A stretch of 64,000 nt of DNA from Flavobacteriales bacterium. Its GTDB lineage: Bacteria > Bacteroidota > Bacteroidia > NS11-12g > UBA955. The position numbers were made by a program, and so were the translations under genes. Positions 1 to 12,073 of this stretch are shown one piece after another; the stretch's first letter is position 1; every line of letters starts with the position of its first letter. A model generated the notes under the pieces. That model did no database searches. It saw nothing but the letters and a program-made list of their open reading frames with translations, and had not been told where the DNA came from. The stretch lies in contig JAHEMG010000008.1 of the NCBI GenBank assembly GCA_024643755.1, positions 928 to 64,927 on the forward strand, written 5' to 3'.

Positions 1-2
1 TC

Positions 3-356
3 GGTCTCGGCTGCTTGATGATGGCCGTATCCATCGCCCTAGGTGCCATGGGTGCCCACACCCTAGAAGGTGCCATTTCGTCCCGCTATTTGGATGTCTG
101 GAAAACCGCATCGCTGTATTTCGCCCTCAACGGACTGGGATTCATGGCCATCTCTGGAAGTGCACCAAGCACCAAAGGACTCTACATCAAAATCACCATC
201 ATCGGAACCTTCATCTTCAGTGTTTCTTTGTGGATTTTGGCCCTGAACGAACTCATTTCCCCGTCCTTGCGCAAATTGGGTGCTATAACCCCCATCGGCG
301 GGTTGCTCATGATTTTCGGCTGGGCGATGATTGGCATTCATCAACTCAGGCGCTAA
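3..356 (+). CDS. DUF423 (YgdD-like) small inner-membrane protein, 5' end cut by window edge
   Basis: The frame is open back to nt 3. It has the ALGAMGAH motif near the N-terminus and four hydrophobic segments, as in YgdD/DUF423 proteins. Stop TAA is at 354-356. Confidence 0.6.
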   Translation, partial: GLGCLMMAVSIALGAMGAHTLEGAISSRYLDVWKTASLYFALNGLGFMAISGSAPSTKGLYIKITIIGTFIFSVSLWILALNELISPSLRKLGAITPIGGLLMIFGWAMIGIHQLRR

Positions 357-402
357 CACAAACGCAAACCCCACGAATGGCATCTCTCAGCAGATGCACT
401 CA

Positions 403-441
403 AACAAAGAAGGGGCGGCCATTGGCCGCCCCTTCTTTGTT
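403..441. terminator. Bidirectional intrinsic terminator (perfect 18-bp arms, ATT loop)
   Basis: AACAAAGAAGGGGCGGCC ATT GGCCGCCCCTTCTTTGTT. An A-tract and a T-tract flank a GC-rich stem. It lies between the convergent DUF423 (+) and FKBP (-) genes. Confidence 0.8.
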
Positions 442-462
442 AAATCCTATTGTACAAGCGGA

Positions 463-1212
463 TTATTTACCCGCTGGTGGTGGAATGTAATCCAATGGTT
501 TCTCGTTGCTTGGCTTCTGACCAGGCACCACATTCATCAACTCAACCTCAATCACAGTTACACCATACATATCCTCGAAACTGCCGGCCATTCTCGCCAA
601 ACTTGGGAATTCTACGTTTGAAACAATCATCTCAAATGATCCTCCCGCAGCGGTTTTCTGGAACGACTCTTCCAAAGGTGCCAAATTCAAGCTCGCAATG
701 TTGCCAATGAATGGCTTCTTGTCCTTGCGATTGTCCTGAAACACCTTACCCTTGCCATTCTTGATGATGAAGTAACAAGTAACCGTATCGTAGATACCTG
801 GAATTGCACCCGTACCCTTTTTCAATTGCTTGTAGTATCCTTTGCTGGCAAGCGGACTTACACCGGCTTCTTTGCTCAATTTCGCCATGTAATCGTTGGT
901 CTCTTTTTGCAAAACCTTGATTTTCTTGTCCTGCACAGCTTGAACGTATCCTTGGTAAACCTTACCCATCGCATCCTGTTTGATGGCAAGGCCACTGTCT
1001 TTAGCCATTCCGTCTTTCACCCCGCGAAGGAAACTGCCGAAATCGATCCCATCGATCCCCTGCTGCTTCATACGCTGAGCGGTTTCATAGCCGTAAACGT
1101 AACTGAATGAATCTTCTGAAGTCTTCAATTCCTTGCTCGTGTCGATTGATTCGCCACATCCGGCCAACAAGCCCAAGGCCATCACCGGTAAGTATATGAT
1201 TTGCTTTTTCAT
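463..1212 (-). CDS. FKBP-type peptidyl-prolyl isomerase lipoprotein (FkpA/Mip-like, divergent catalytic domain)
   Basis: ATG at 1210-1212 gives MKKQIIYLPVMALGLLAGC, a lipoprotein signal. An FKBP_N-like helical region is followed by a C-terminal FKBP-like beta domain. The longer track ORF (to 1398) would overlap the upstream ABC-F gene. Confidence 0.6.
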   Translation of the reverse strand: MKKQIIYLPVMALGLLAGCGESIDTSKELKTSEDSFSYVYGYETAQRMKQQGIDGIDFGSFLRGVKDGMAKDSGLAIKQDAMGKVYQGYVQAVQDKKIKVLQKETNDYMAKLSKEAGVSPLASKGYYKQLKKGTGAIPGIYDTVTCYFIIKNGKGKVFQDNRKDKKPFIGNIASLNLAPLEESFQKTAAGGSFEMIVSNVEFPSLARMAGSFEDMYGVTVIEVELMNVVPGQKPSNEKPLDYIPPPAGK

Positions 1213-1228
1213 TGTTTTCTGTTCGATT

Positions 1229-3708
<2,480 letters not shown>

Positions 3709-3792
3709 TTATACAATAATAAACAAACATTGTTTTTAAAGTGTGTAATTGACACTAAGTGTTTTTTTATTATCTTGCACCCACTTAACACT

Positions 3793-4650
3793 ATGATTCT
3801 AGTAGCAGACAGCGGCAGCACCAAGTGCGATTGGGTATTTACCGATGGGGATTCTCAGCGACTTTCATTCTATACCATGGGTTTCAACCCCTTCTTTCAT
3901 CCCACAGAATTGATCGAAAGTGAGATCAGAAAAAATACGGAACTCTGTGCGGTTGCCCCAATGGTAGAGCATGTGTTTTTCTATGGCGCCGGTGCAAGTC
4001 ACCCCGCCCGAAATATCATCGTAGAAAATGCACTGCGCGCCGTTTTCACCAAAGCCAATGTAGTGGTTGACCATGACCTCACTGGCGCGGTATATGCAAC
4101 TTGTGGCGATAACCCCGGCATCTCTTGTATCCTAGGTACCGGCTCAAATAGCTGCTATTTCGATGGCAAAGAAATCCACGAGGAAGTCCCTGCCCTGGGT
4201 TACGTGCTGGGCGATGAAGCCGGTGGAACCTTCTACGGCAAAGACCTTCTTCGCATGTTCCTCTACCACGAACTCCCCGAAAAAATCCACAATGGCTTGA
4301 TCGAGAGATTCAACCTCACCAAAGAAAGCATCTTCGAAGCCGTTTACAACAAGCCCAATCCCAATGTGTATTTGGCCTCTTTCATGCGTTTCCTGAGCGA
4401 TCATCGCGACGAAAAATGGGTGCGTGATTTCATCTACAACGGCTTCAGCAAATTCATCAATATCCATATCTGGAAATACGAAAACCACAAAGAAGTACCC
4501 GTTCACTTCGTAGGTTCCGTGGCCTATCACTTCAGCGACTTGCTCAAAGAAGCCTGCAAAATCCACCGCCTAAACGTGGGTGTCATTACCAGCGAACCTG
4601 TAGTTAACTTGGTTGAATATCACCTGAGAAAACTGCAAGTGTCTGCATGA
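3793..4650 (+). CDS. BadF/BadG/BcrA/BcrD-type ATPase (N-acetylglucosamine/glucose kinase-like sugar kinase)
   Basis: MILVADSGSTKCDW is an ASKHA phosphate-1 motif, and GILGTGSNS-type (ILGTGSNSCY) is a phosphate-2 motif. Start at ATG 3793. The stop overlaps the next start (ATGA at 4647-4650). Confidence 0.75.
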   Translation: MILVADSGSTKCDWVFTDGDSQRLSFYTMGFNPFFHPTELIESEIRKNTELCAVAPMVEHVFFYGAGASHPARNIIVENALRAVFTKANVVVDHDLTGAVYATCGDNPGISCILGTGSNSCYFDGKEIHEEVPALGYVLGDEAGGTFYGKDLLRMFLYHELPEKIHNGLIERFNLTKESIFEAVYNKPNPNVYLASFMRFLSDHRDEKWVRDFIYNGFSKFINIHIWKYENHKEVPVHFVGSVAYHFSDLLKEACKIHRLNVGVITSEPVVNLVEYHLRKLQVSA

Positions 4651-5288
4651 AACACGGCATCATCCTCGACCTAGACGGGGTTATCTGCGATACCGCCCAC
4701 TTTCATTTTTTGGCTTGGCAGCGTCTGGCCGCAGAATACGACTACAACCTTACGCATGCCGATAATGAACAACTTAAAGGCGTGAGTCGGGCCGATTCAC
4801 TCACCTTCATTTTGGGACTTGCCAACAAAACGTTGAGTGAGGAACAGTTTCTGTCCGACCTCCACCGAAAAAATGAATGGTACCTCGAACTAGTGAAAGA
4901 CATGGGGCCGAAGGATGTCCTCCCCGGTGTACCAACGTTCTTCGCGGAAGTAGCCGCAAGAAAAATACCATTAGCCTTGGGATCGGCAAGTAAAAACGCC
5001 AACATGGTACTCACCCGCGTGGGACTCATCCATGCCTTTGACGCCATCGTAGACGCCTCACAAGTATCGCAAGGAAAACCCCACCCCGAGACCTTCCTGA
5101 AAGCAGCCGAATTGCTGAACATCGCCCCAGAAAACTGCTGGGTATTCGAAGACAGCGCAGCCGGTGTACAAGCCGCCCTCGCAGGAGGCATGACCGCCAT
5201 CGGAATTGGGACTGCTGAAGATCTTCCCGGTGCCATTAGCCACCTGCGCAACTTGGGAGAATTCGATTTCAACACCTTCCCGATGTAA
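4647..5288 (+). CDS. pgmB: Beta-phosphoglucomutase (HAD superfamily)
   Basis: DLDGVICDT is HAD motif I, and LKGVSR, GSASKN and FEDSAAGVQAA are characteristic of beta-PGM. It lies directly upstream of a GH65 phosphorylase. Confidence 0.9.
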   Translation: MKHGIILDLDGVICDTAHFHFLAWQRLAAEYDYNLTHADNEQLKGVSRADSLTFILGLANKTLSEEQFLSDLHRKNEWYLELVKDMGPKDVLPGVPTFFAEVAARKIPLALGSASKNANMVLTRVGLIHAFDAIVDASQVSQGKPHPETFLKAAELLNIAPENCWVFEDSAAGVQAALAGGMTAIGIGTAEDLPGAISHLRNLGEFDFNTFPM

Positions 5289-5360
5289 CTTTCGCCCTCA
5301 AAGCGAACCCATATCCAATCGCAACAATCAAGAAAATCAACCCTAGTAATACCCCTCACC

Positions 5361-7679
5361 ATGATCGACTATTTCAAAGCCCACCCCTGGAAAGTCATTG
5401 AAGAAGGCTTCAACCCAACCATGAACGAAATTGCCGAAAGCGTCTTCTCGCTCGGAAACGGCATGATGGGACAGCGTGGAAACCTCGAAGAAACCTATAG
5501 CGGACATTCACTGCAAGGCACGTATGTAGGCGGTGTTTACTACCCCGATAAAACCCGGGTGGGTTGGTGGAAAAATGGCTATCCCGAGTATTTTGCCAAA
5601 GTACTCAATGCCACCTATTGGAGTGGACTCAATATTTGGGTCAACAACGAATTAATCGACCTAGCCAAATGCACGGTGAAATCGTTTTCCCGAGAACTCG
5701 ATATGCACCAAGGGGTCTTGAACCGTTACTGTGTGGTGGTTTTAAACAATGGCATCGAACTAAACATCGAATCACATCGCTTTTATTCCCTCATTAACAA
5801 GGAATACAGCGCATTGCAATACAACATCACCGCCAACCGCGATTGTATCATCAAAGTTGAAAATTACCTCGATGGCGATGTGGTGAACAAAGACGCTAAC
5901 TACGACGAAAAATTTTGGGATGAGGTAAAACAAGAGGTGCACAATCACACCTTGTTGGTGACCGTAAAAACCAAAAAACTCGATTGGGTGGTAACAAACG
6001 CCCTTTCGTTTGAAATTCACAAAAACGGCGTCAAGCACAATGAAATCGCCAAGCCGTTTACCCGCAGCAAATTTGCCAGCAACACCTATGAAATCTCTGC
6101 AGCCGCTGCCGAGAAAATCACGTTCGTAAAGCACTGTATCACCGGCAGCAGCTTCCACCACGCCCCCGAGGCCCTGGAATTGCATACCAAAAAAGCCCTC
6201 GACAAAATGAGCGCATCGAGCTTCGAAGCCCATTTGCAAATGAGTGCCGCCGCGTGGGCCAAAAAATGGGAAACCACCGATGTACGCATCGATGGCGATG
6301 TGAAAGCCCAACAAGCCGTTCGCTTCAACATCTATCACCTTAACCAAACCTATTGCGGTGATGATGCCCGTCTGAATATCGGTCCCAAAGGATTCACCGG
6401 CGAGAAATACGGCGGAAGCACTTACTGGGATACCGAAGCATATTGCCTGCCCTTCTTCCTGGTATCGGCCGATGCCGCCATCTCTCGTCAGCTATTGGTG
6501 TATCGCTATAAACAGCTCGACAAAGCCATTGAAAACGCCGCAAAACTTGGCTTCACCGATGGTGCAGCCCTGTATCCGATGGTAACCATGAACGGCGAAG
6601 AATGTCACAACGAATGGGAAATCACCTTCGAAGAAATCCACCGGAACGGCGCAATCGCTTATGCCATCTACAACTACATCCAGCATACAGGCGATAAATC
6701 TTACTTGCTCGATGGCGGATTCGAAGTGCTGCTGGGTATCGCACGGTTCTGGAAACAACGCGTTCATTGGAGCACCCACAAACAACGCTATGAAATGCAC
6801 GGCGTTACCGGTCCCAACGAATACGAAAACAACGTCAACAACAACTGGTACACCAGCTACATCGCCAATTGGTGCATGCAGTATACCGCAGACTGTGCCC
6901 AGTGGATTGCCCAAAACCACCCAGGTGAATTTGCATCGCTCTGCGAAAAAACGAAGTTCCAGCAGGCCTCAGAAACCGAAGCTTGGAACCACATCAACCA
7001 ACATCTTTACCTACCTCAAAGCGATGAATTGGGCGTATTTGTGCAGCACGATGGCTTCCTAGAAAAGGAACTCATCCCCGTGCAAGACCTGTCGCCCGCC
7101 CAACGCCCCATCAACCAAAAATGGAGCTGGGACCGCATTCTGCGCAGCGTTTACATCAAACAGGCCGATGTACTTCAAGGACTCTATTTCTTTGAAGACA
7201 ACTTCGACATGGATACCCACGTCAAGAACTTCAAATTCTACGAGCAGTTCACCGTGCATGAGAGTTCCCTCAGTCCCTGCGTTCACAGCATCCTAGCGGC
7301 GAAAATTGGCGAAACCAACAAAGCCTATGAGATGTACCTGCGTACCGCCCGCTTAGACTTAGACAACTATAACAACGATACCGAAGATGGCCTCCATATC
7401 ACCTCCATGGCAGGATCTTACCTCAGCATCGTTCAAGGTTTTGGCGGTTTGCGCATCAAAGACCAAACCCTTCACCTCAACCCACACTGTCCAGCGCAAT
7501 GGGAAGGTTACGGTTTTCAAATCTTGCTGAATGCTGAGCCCGTGAAAATTGAAGTGACCAAGGAAGGACATCAGATCACCAATTTGGGTCCAAACGACAT
7601 CACCGTTATCCTGGGCGATTCGCGTACTTCCCTATCCCTCAAAGCCGGCGAAACCCAATTTACGGCGAAGGCATCGTAG
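5361..7679 (+). CDS. GH65 disaccharide phosphorylase (maltose/kojibiose/trehalose phosphorylase family)
   Basis: 772 aa. The N-terminal WKVIEEGFNP...FSLGNGMMGQRGNLEE and central GFTGEKYGGSTYWDTE regions are typical of GH65. It pairs with pgmB. Confidence 0.9.
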   Translation: MIDYFKAHPWKVIEEGFNPTMNEIAESVFSLGNGMMGQRGNLEETYSGHSLQGTYVGGVYYPDKTRVGWWKNGYPEYFAKVLNATYWSGLNIWVNNELIDLAKCTVKSFSRELDMHQGVLNRYCVVVLNNGIELNIESHRFYSLINKEYSALQYNITANRDCIIKVENYLDGDVVNKDANYDEKFWDEVKQEVHNHTLLVTVKTKKLDWVVTNALSFEIHKNGVKHNEIAKPFTRSKFASNTYEISAAAAEKITFVKHCITGSSFHHAPEALELHTKKALDKMSASSFEAHLQMSAAAWAKKWETTDVRIDGDVKAQQAVRFNIYHLNQTYCGDDARLNIGPKGFTGEKYGGSTYWDTEAYCLPFFLVSADAAISRQLLVYRYKQLDKAIENAAKLGFTDGAALYPMVTMNGEECHNEWEITFEEIHRNGAIAYAIYNYIQHTGDKSYLLDGGFEVLLGIARFWKQRVHWSTHKQRYEMHGVTGPNEYENNVNNNWYTSYIANWCMQYTADCAQWIAQNHPGEFASLCEKTKFQQASETEAWNHINQHLYLPQSDELGVFVQHDGFLEKELIPVQDLSPAQRPINQKWSWDRILRSVYIKQADVLQGLYFFEDNFDMDTHVKNFKFYEQFTVHESSLSPCVHSILAAKIGETNKAYEMYLRTARLDLDNYNNDTEDGLHITSMAGSYLSIVQGFGGLRIKDQTLHLNPHCPAQWEGYGFQILLNAEPVKIEVTKEGHQITNLGPNDITVILGDSRTSLSLKAGETQFTAKAS

Positions 7680-7793
7680 TACGCTAAAAATTTGTTCATA
7701 GTTCCATAACCTCGGCGAATAAATTCGCTGTGTTTGGAGTATTTTTGCCCCACTTTGGCGGAAAATAACCAGCATCCAACAACCAACAACCCA

Positions 7794-8750
7794 ATGACTT
7801 CCGCCGAGAAGCAGGTTGAAGGTGCCATGAATCACCCTACACCAAACACATCGTCTTCACCTTGGCTGATTGTTTGGGCCGGTCTTAGCATCTTTTTGCC
7901 GCTTCTACTATTGTACATATACAGTTGCAGTCCACAAACCCTTCAAATCGGCAACCTAGAAATCAAACAGATTTTAGGCAACCAAGACATCGATGCGATG
8001 TTGGCCGCACTTGATGAGCCCGAAGCAACACCCACAGCCACCGCAAATGCGCAAGCTGTACCTAACAGCACAAACAGCCTTCCGCTGAACGATTCTTCGA
8101 TTCCGTTCCTCAACAATCAATACAACAAACCTTTTGCGCTTCCTGCGTATGAATTGCCGGTTTTCGCCGACACCACCAAACACCGGATATTGCTCATTGG
8201 CGATTCGGAAAGTGGCGGATTGCGCTACCCACTGAACGATTATTGTTTGGCGAACGGACATAAACTCATCTTGTCATTGGAATGGTACTCCGCTACCACC
8301 TTCAATTTTGGTCGGGCAGACACCATCCAAAAAATCATCGCCAAGTACAAACCCACCTATATTTTCCTGGTGTTTGGCTTGAATGAATTGTATGCCCGCG
8401 ATCTGAAAGCCCGCAAAATTGCCGCCAATCAACTGGCGAAAAAACTCAGGGGCATCCCCTACGCTTGGATTGGTCCTGCCAACTGGGATGAAGACAACGG
8501 CATCAACAAAGTCTTTCAAACATCGGCGGATTCTGCCACCTACTTCCTCACCAAAAAACTCACCCTCACCAGAGCGGGCGATGGCCGTCACCCCGATGTG
8601 AAAGGATACCGAGTTTGGATGGATAGCATTGCCGGTTGGTTGCAAACTTCTGCCCGATACAAAATGGCCATGAAGCCGCCGCGCAAGCGCGGCCGGCCGT
8701 TCCGTGCACCCATCATCACCATCAACGCTGCCAAATACCGTGGATACTAA
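7794..8750 (+). CDS. Membrane-anchored SGNH/GDSL-type hydrolase or acyltransferase
   Basis: One N-terminal TM segment (WLIVWAGLSIFLPLLLLYIY). SGNH blocks I (LLIGDSESGG), III (FGLNELY) and V (DGRHPD) are present. The start is uncertain (ATG 7794 or 7827; the track ORF starts at TTG 7734). Confidence 0.6.
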   Translation: MTSAEKQVEGAMNHPTPNTSSSPWLIVWAGLSIFLPLLLLYIYSCSPQTLQIGNLEIKQILGNQDIDAMLAALDEPEATPTATANAQAVPNSTNSLPLNDSSIPFLNNQYNKPFALPAYELPVFADTTKHRILLIGDSESGGLRYPLNDYCLANGHKLILSLEWYSATTFNFGRADTIQKIIAKYKPTYIFLVFGLNELYARDLKARKIAANQLAKKLRGIPYAWIGPANWDEDNGINKVFQTSADSATYFLTKKLTLTRAGDGRHPDVKGYRVWMDSIAGWLQTSARYKMAMKPPRKRGRPFRAPIITINAAKYRGY

Positions 8751-10236
8751 TTGGATTAATCAACTGTTCGCTCCACTGCACGACCCAAAAACTTGGGCCT
8801 CGGCCTTCGGCTACTCCACCAAGGAGCCCTGGTTCTTTACCGAGTTTTCCTTCCTCGCTGTATTTGGCATATTCCTGATTTTTTACGCCGCATTGGTACA
8901 AAAAAACACCTGGCGCAAAATCTACCTCATCACCTTCTCGCTCTTTTTCTATTACAAATCGAGCGGACCGTTCCTGGGCCTCTTTGCCCTGATGATCGTT
9001 TCAGACTACCTGTTTGCCCTGGCCATCGAAAAAGCGGCTGGAGTCCGCAAAAAAGCACTGCTTTGGCTGTCGCTCAGTTATAGCCTCAGCTTTTTGCTAT
9101 ACTTCAAATACGCCAACTTCTTCATTCACAACTGCAATGAACTGTTTGGTACTGAGTTTACCGATCACGACCTATTCCTCCCCATCGGGATATCCTTCTA
9201 CACCTTCCAATCAATCAGTTACTTGATGGATGTATACCGCAGTGAAATCCCCGCCACACGCAATGTGAGCGATTACGCGTTCTACATGACCTTCTTCCCC
9301 CACCTAGTTGCCGGTCCGATCGTACGCGCCAAAGATTTCCTGCCACAAATTTTCACCCCTCAAATCATCAATGCGGCCCTGTACAAAGAAAGCTTGTTTC
9401 GCATTTTGATCGGACTGCTGAAAAAGCTCTTCATCGCCGACTACCTGGGTAAATACGTTGACATCGTACATGAACTACCCGCCAATTTTTCCGGCGCAGA
9501 AAACCTGTTGGGCATGTACGCCTACAGCTTTCAAATTTATTTCGACTTCTCTGGCTACTCCGACATCGCCATAGGTATCGCCCTGATGCTCGGATATCGA
9601 CTCAAAGAGAACTTCGACAACCCCTATGCATCAAGCAACATCACCGTATTTTGGCGTAAATGGCATATCTCCCTCAGCAGCTGGCTCCGCGATTATATCT
9701 ACATCCCCCTGGGTGGCAACCGAAAAGGCGAATTCAACACCTACCTCTTCTTGCTCATCACCATGCTCGTGGGTGGATTCTGGCACGGCGCCGATTGGCG
9801 ATTTGTCTTCTGGGGCTTGGCTCACGGACTGGCACTGGCCTTCCACAAAGCATGGATGCAGCTGTTCCCATCAAAAAGCAATCCTTGGTACACCCGAATC
9901 CCCGCCACCATCCTCACCTTCCACTTCGTGGGATTCTGTTGGATATTTTTCCGCGCCACCTCCTTTGGCTCAGCATTTGCTAGCATAGAGCAAATTGCGT
10001 TTCACACCCAATGGAAAGACTTTGCAGGATTTTGGACCTCCCGACAGGAAATGGGCATCATGATCATGATCGCCGCATTCATTGCATTTTTCCCTCCCAA
10101 CCTCAAAGAACGCGCCTTCCAAAAAATCCAAGTATTACCCACCTTCACTTGGATCCTGTGGGTACTCATCGCATTGCAAATCATCATCCAATTCAAGGAC
10201 GATGTGGTTCAGCCCTTCATCTACTTCCAGTTTTGA
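8704..10236 (+). CDS. MBOAT-family membrane O-acyltransferase (AlgI/PatA/DltB-like)
   Basis: Polytopic membrane protein with MBOAT core motifs (FWRKWHISLSSWLRDYIYIPLGGNR, FWHGADW). The start may be GTG 8740. The stop overlaps the next ATG (TGATG at 10234-10238). Confidence 0.85.
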   Translation: MHPSSPSTLPNTVDTNWINQLFAPLHDPKTWASAFGYSTKEPWFFTEFSFLAVFGIFLIFYAALVQKNTWRKIYLITFSLFFYYKSSGPFLGLFALMIVSDYLFALAIEKAAGVRKKALLWLSLSYSLSFLLYFKYANFFIHNCNELFGTEFTDHDLFLPIGISFYTFQSISYLMDVYRSEIPATRNVSDYAFYMTFFPHLVAGPIVRAKDFLPQIFTPQIINAALYKESLFRILIGLLKKLFIADYLGKYVDIVHELPANFSGAENLLGMYAYSFQIYFDFSGYSDIAIGIALMLGYRLKENFDNPYASSNITVFWRKWHISLSSWLRDYIYIPLGGNRKGEFNTYLFLLITMLVGGFWHGADWRFVFWGLAHGLALAFHKAWMQLFPSKSNPWYTRIPATILTFHFVGFCWIFFRATSFGSAFASIEQIAFHTQWKDFAGFWTSRQEMGIMIMIAAFIAFFPPNLKERAFQKIQVLPTFTWILWVLIALQIIIQFKDDVVQPFIYFQF

Positions 10237-12011
10237 TGAAGCAATTCGAAACCCCATCACATCCATCACCTAGCATTAGCCACACCATCTCGAGCAAGTG
10301 GCTCATTTCTTGTCTGTTATTGCTGCTATCACTCTGTTCTTTTGCCCCATCACTCTTTGGCCAAACAACCCCAAAGCCAGTCAGCAACGCCATCGAACCA
10401 AACAAAGATAGTTCTATCATTTGCCTAACCTGCAATGAGTTGCAAGAATCGCCAAAGCTAAAAAAAGCGTTGCAAAAATTGCATAATGTGCGCCTCAACA
10501 ACCCTCAATTCGCCCAGAAAAACAGCCCAAAACAAACAGTAAATCCTGCCGATACCGTATTTACCATCATCCACATCGGCGATAGCCACATTCAAGGCGA
10601 TTACTTCTCGGGTGAAATTCGCATGCAACTGCAATCGTACTTCGGTAACGCAGGCAGAGGCATCCTTTTCCCCTATGCTTTGGCAAAAAGTTTCGGCCCC
10701 CGCGGTGTATCTGTGAAACCTGTGGGCGTATGGACGGGTTACAAAACACTAACTCAAAGCCTCACTGAACCCTTGGGCGTGGCTGGTTATGGCGCGAGTA
10801 CCCGCAGTGCTGCTGCCAGCATACAACTGTCGCTCACAGAAAAATTCAAAGAAGAAAATGCCTTAGGACTGTTCAGTACCCCCGAAATGCAGAAAATCAA
10901 CATCTGGCACTCTGCGGATAACGCCTCCTTCACCACCCAATTAAATCCTGAATTCCAGTGGACAGGCAGCCAATTCTATCCCACAGGTTGGGGCGTTAGC
11001 TCCTACCTCGCACAGCAACCACAAACTGGATTTACCCTTTCGCTCTCGGCTACAGCACCCACCCAAAACCACTATAACTTCTACGGATTTGAAATTGTAC
11101 CCATGCAGCAGCGCGGGGTGGTTTATCACCACTGTGGCGTGGTTGGAGCACAATTTACCCACCTCATCAACAAAGCCCCGTACACGGTTGAGCAAATCGC
11201 ACATATCAAACCTGATATCCTCATTTTCTCTTTCGGAACCAACGAGGCCTACAACGGAAAGCTCGATAGCCAAGTCTATACCCCTGCCGTCATGAAATTC
11301 CTGAGCGATATCGCCGCGGCAAGTCCCACCACCGCCATCATCCTCACAACAGCCCCTGATACGCGAAGCCAAAATCGCATCCCACCCCAACAAATCAATG
11401 TCAACAACCAACAGCGAAAAATCGCCAAGTTACAAAAGGCCACATTGTACGATCTCAACCAAGCGATGGGCGGATGGGGATCCTTGTACGTGTGGTATAA
11501 GCAGAAATTAACACTTACCGACAAACTGCATTTCAACGCGGCAGGATACGCCTTGCAAGGACAATTACTAACCCTTTCTTTGCTTCAGGCCTACAACAAA
11601 GTAAACGCCAAGGACACCCTCAACATCCAACCGCTCAGAACCACGGTCCACAACAGCATGAAATCTTTGGTGCTTGATTTTGAAGCCGTTTCACTGGGCG
11701 ATTCTTTGGCCAAAGATAGCAGTACAAAAAACCGTAAGGTTGACAGTTCGGGACTAACTGCTGCTGTGATTCATAACGATACGCCACCAACACCGCGCAT
11801 CAATCCAACGTCATCAGGAAATCCTCGTAATGCGAGTCCCTCCAGACAGCCACAACGCGGAGAAATCACCCACACCGTTCGCTCGGGAGAAAACCTGTAT
11901 CGCATCGCACAACGCTACCACGTTACACACGAAGCCATCGCCAAGCGAAACAAATTGAACAATCCAAGGAGTTTGCGTCCCGGACAACGGTTGATCATTC
12001 CAGCCAGATAA
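10236..12011 (+). CDS. Secreted SGNH/GDSL-type hydrolase or acetyltransferase with C-terminal LysM domain
   Basis: ATG 10236 gives a signal peptide (LLLLLSLCSFAPSLFGQ). SGNH blocks are IIHIGDSHIQGD, FSFGTNEAY and DKLHFN. The C-terminal HTVRSGENLYRIAQRYHVTHEAIAKRNKLNNPRSLRPGQRLIIP is a LysM domain. Confidence 0.75.
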   Translation: MKQFETPSHPSPSISHTISSKWLISCLLLLLSLCSFAPSLFGQTTPKPVSNAIEPNKDSSIICLTCNELQESPKLKKALQKLHNVRLNNPQFAQKNSPKQTVNPADTVFTIIHIGDSHIQGDYFSGEIRMQLQSYFGNAGRGILFPYALAKSFGPRGVSVKPVGVWTGYKTLTQSLTEPLGVAGYGASTRSAAASIQLSLTEKFKEENALGLFSTPEMQKINIWHSADNASFTTQLNPEFQWTGSQFYPTGWGVSSYLAQQPQTGFTLSLSATAPTQNHYNFYGFEIVPMQQRGVVYHHCGVVGAQFTHLINKAPYTVEQIAHIKPDILIFSFGTNEAYNGKLDSQVYTPAVMKFLSDIAAASPTTAIILTTAPDTRSQNRIPPQQINVNNQQRKIAKLQKATLYDLNQAMGGWGSLYVWYKQKLTLTDKLHFNAAGYALQGQLLTLSLLQAYNKVNAKDTLNIQPLRTTVHNSMKSLVLDFEAVSLGDSLAKDSSTKNRKVDSSGLTAAVIHNDTPPTPRINPTSSGNPRNASPSRQPQRGEITHTVRSGENLYRIAQRYHVTHEAIAKRNKLNNPRSLRPGQRLIIPAR

Positions 12012-12020
12012 GGCAAAAAA

Positions 12021-12051
12021 GGAGGGGCTTGCGCTGCGCGCAAGCCCCTCC
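12021..12051 (-). terminator. Intrinsic terminator (perfect 14-bp arms, TGC centre)
   Basis: GGAGGGGCTTGCGC TGC GCGCAAGCCCCTCC. The A6 run at 12015-12020 gives a U-tract for the minus-strand gene ending at 12074. It also lies 10 nt after the + strand stop at 12011. Confidence 0.8.
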
Positions 12052-12073
12052 AAAATATCAAATTCAAAACCGA

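Noticed and set aside
1042-1059. Tandem ATCGATCCC x2
   Set aside because: It lies inside the FKBP gene and encodes GIDGID. It is too short and has too few copies to be a CRISPR array or a meaningful satellite.
6464-6473. Loopless 8-10 bp palindromes (ATCGGCCGAT here; AAACCGGTTT at 19777-19786; TCGGGCCCGA at 62873-62882; several GCGGCCGC/TGCGCGCA sites)
   Set aside because: This length is expected by chance in 64 kb. They cannot form hairpins and may at most be restriction-type sites. They were not counted in the palindrome-excess finding.
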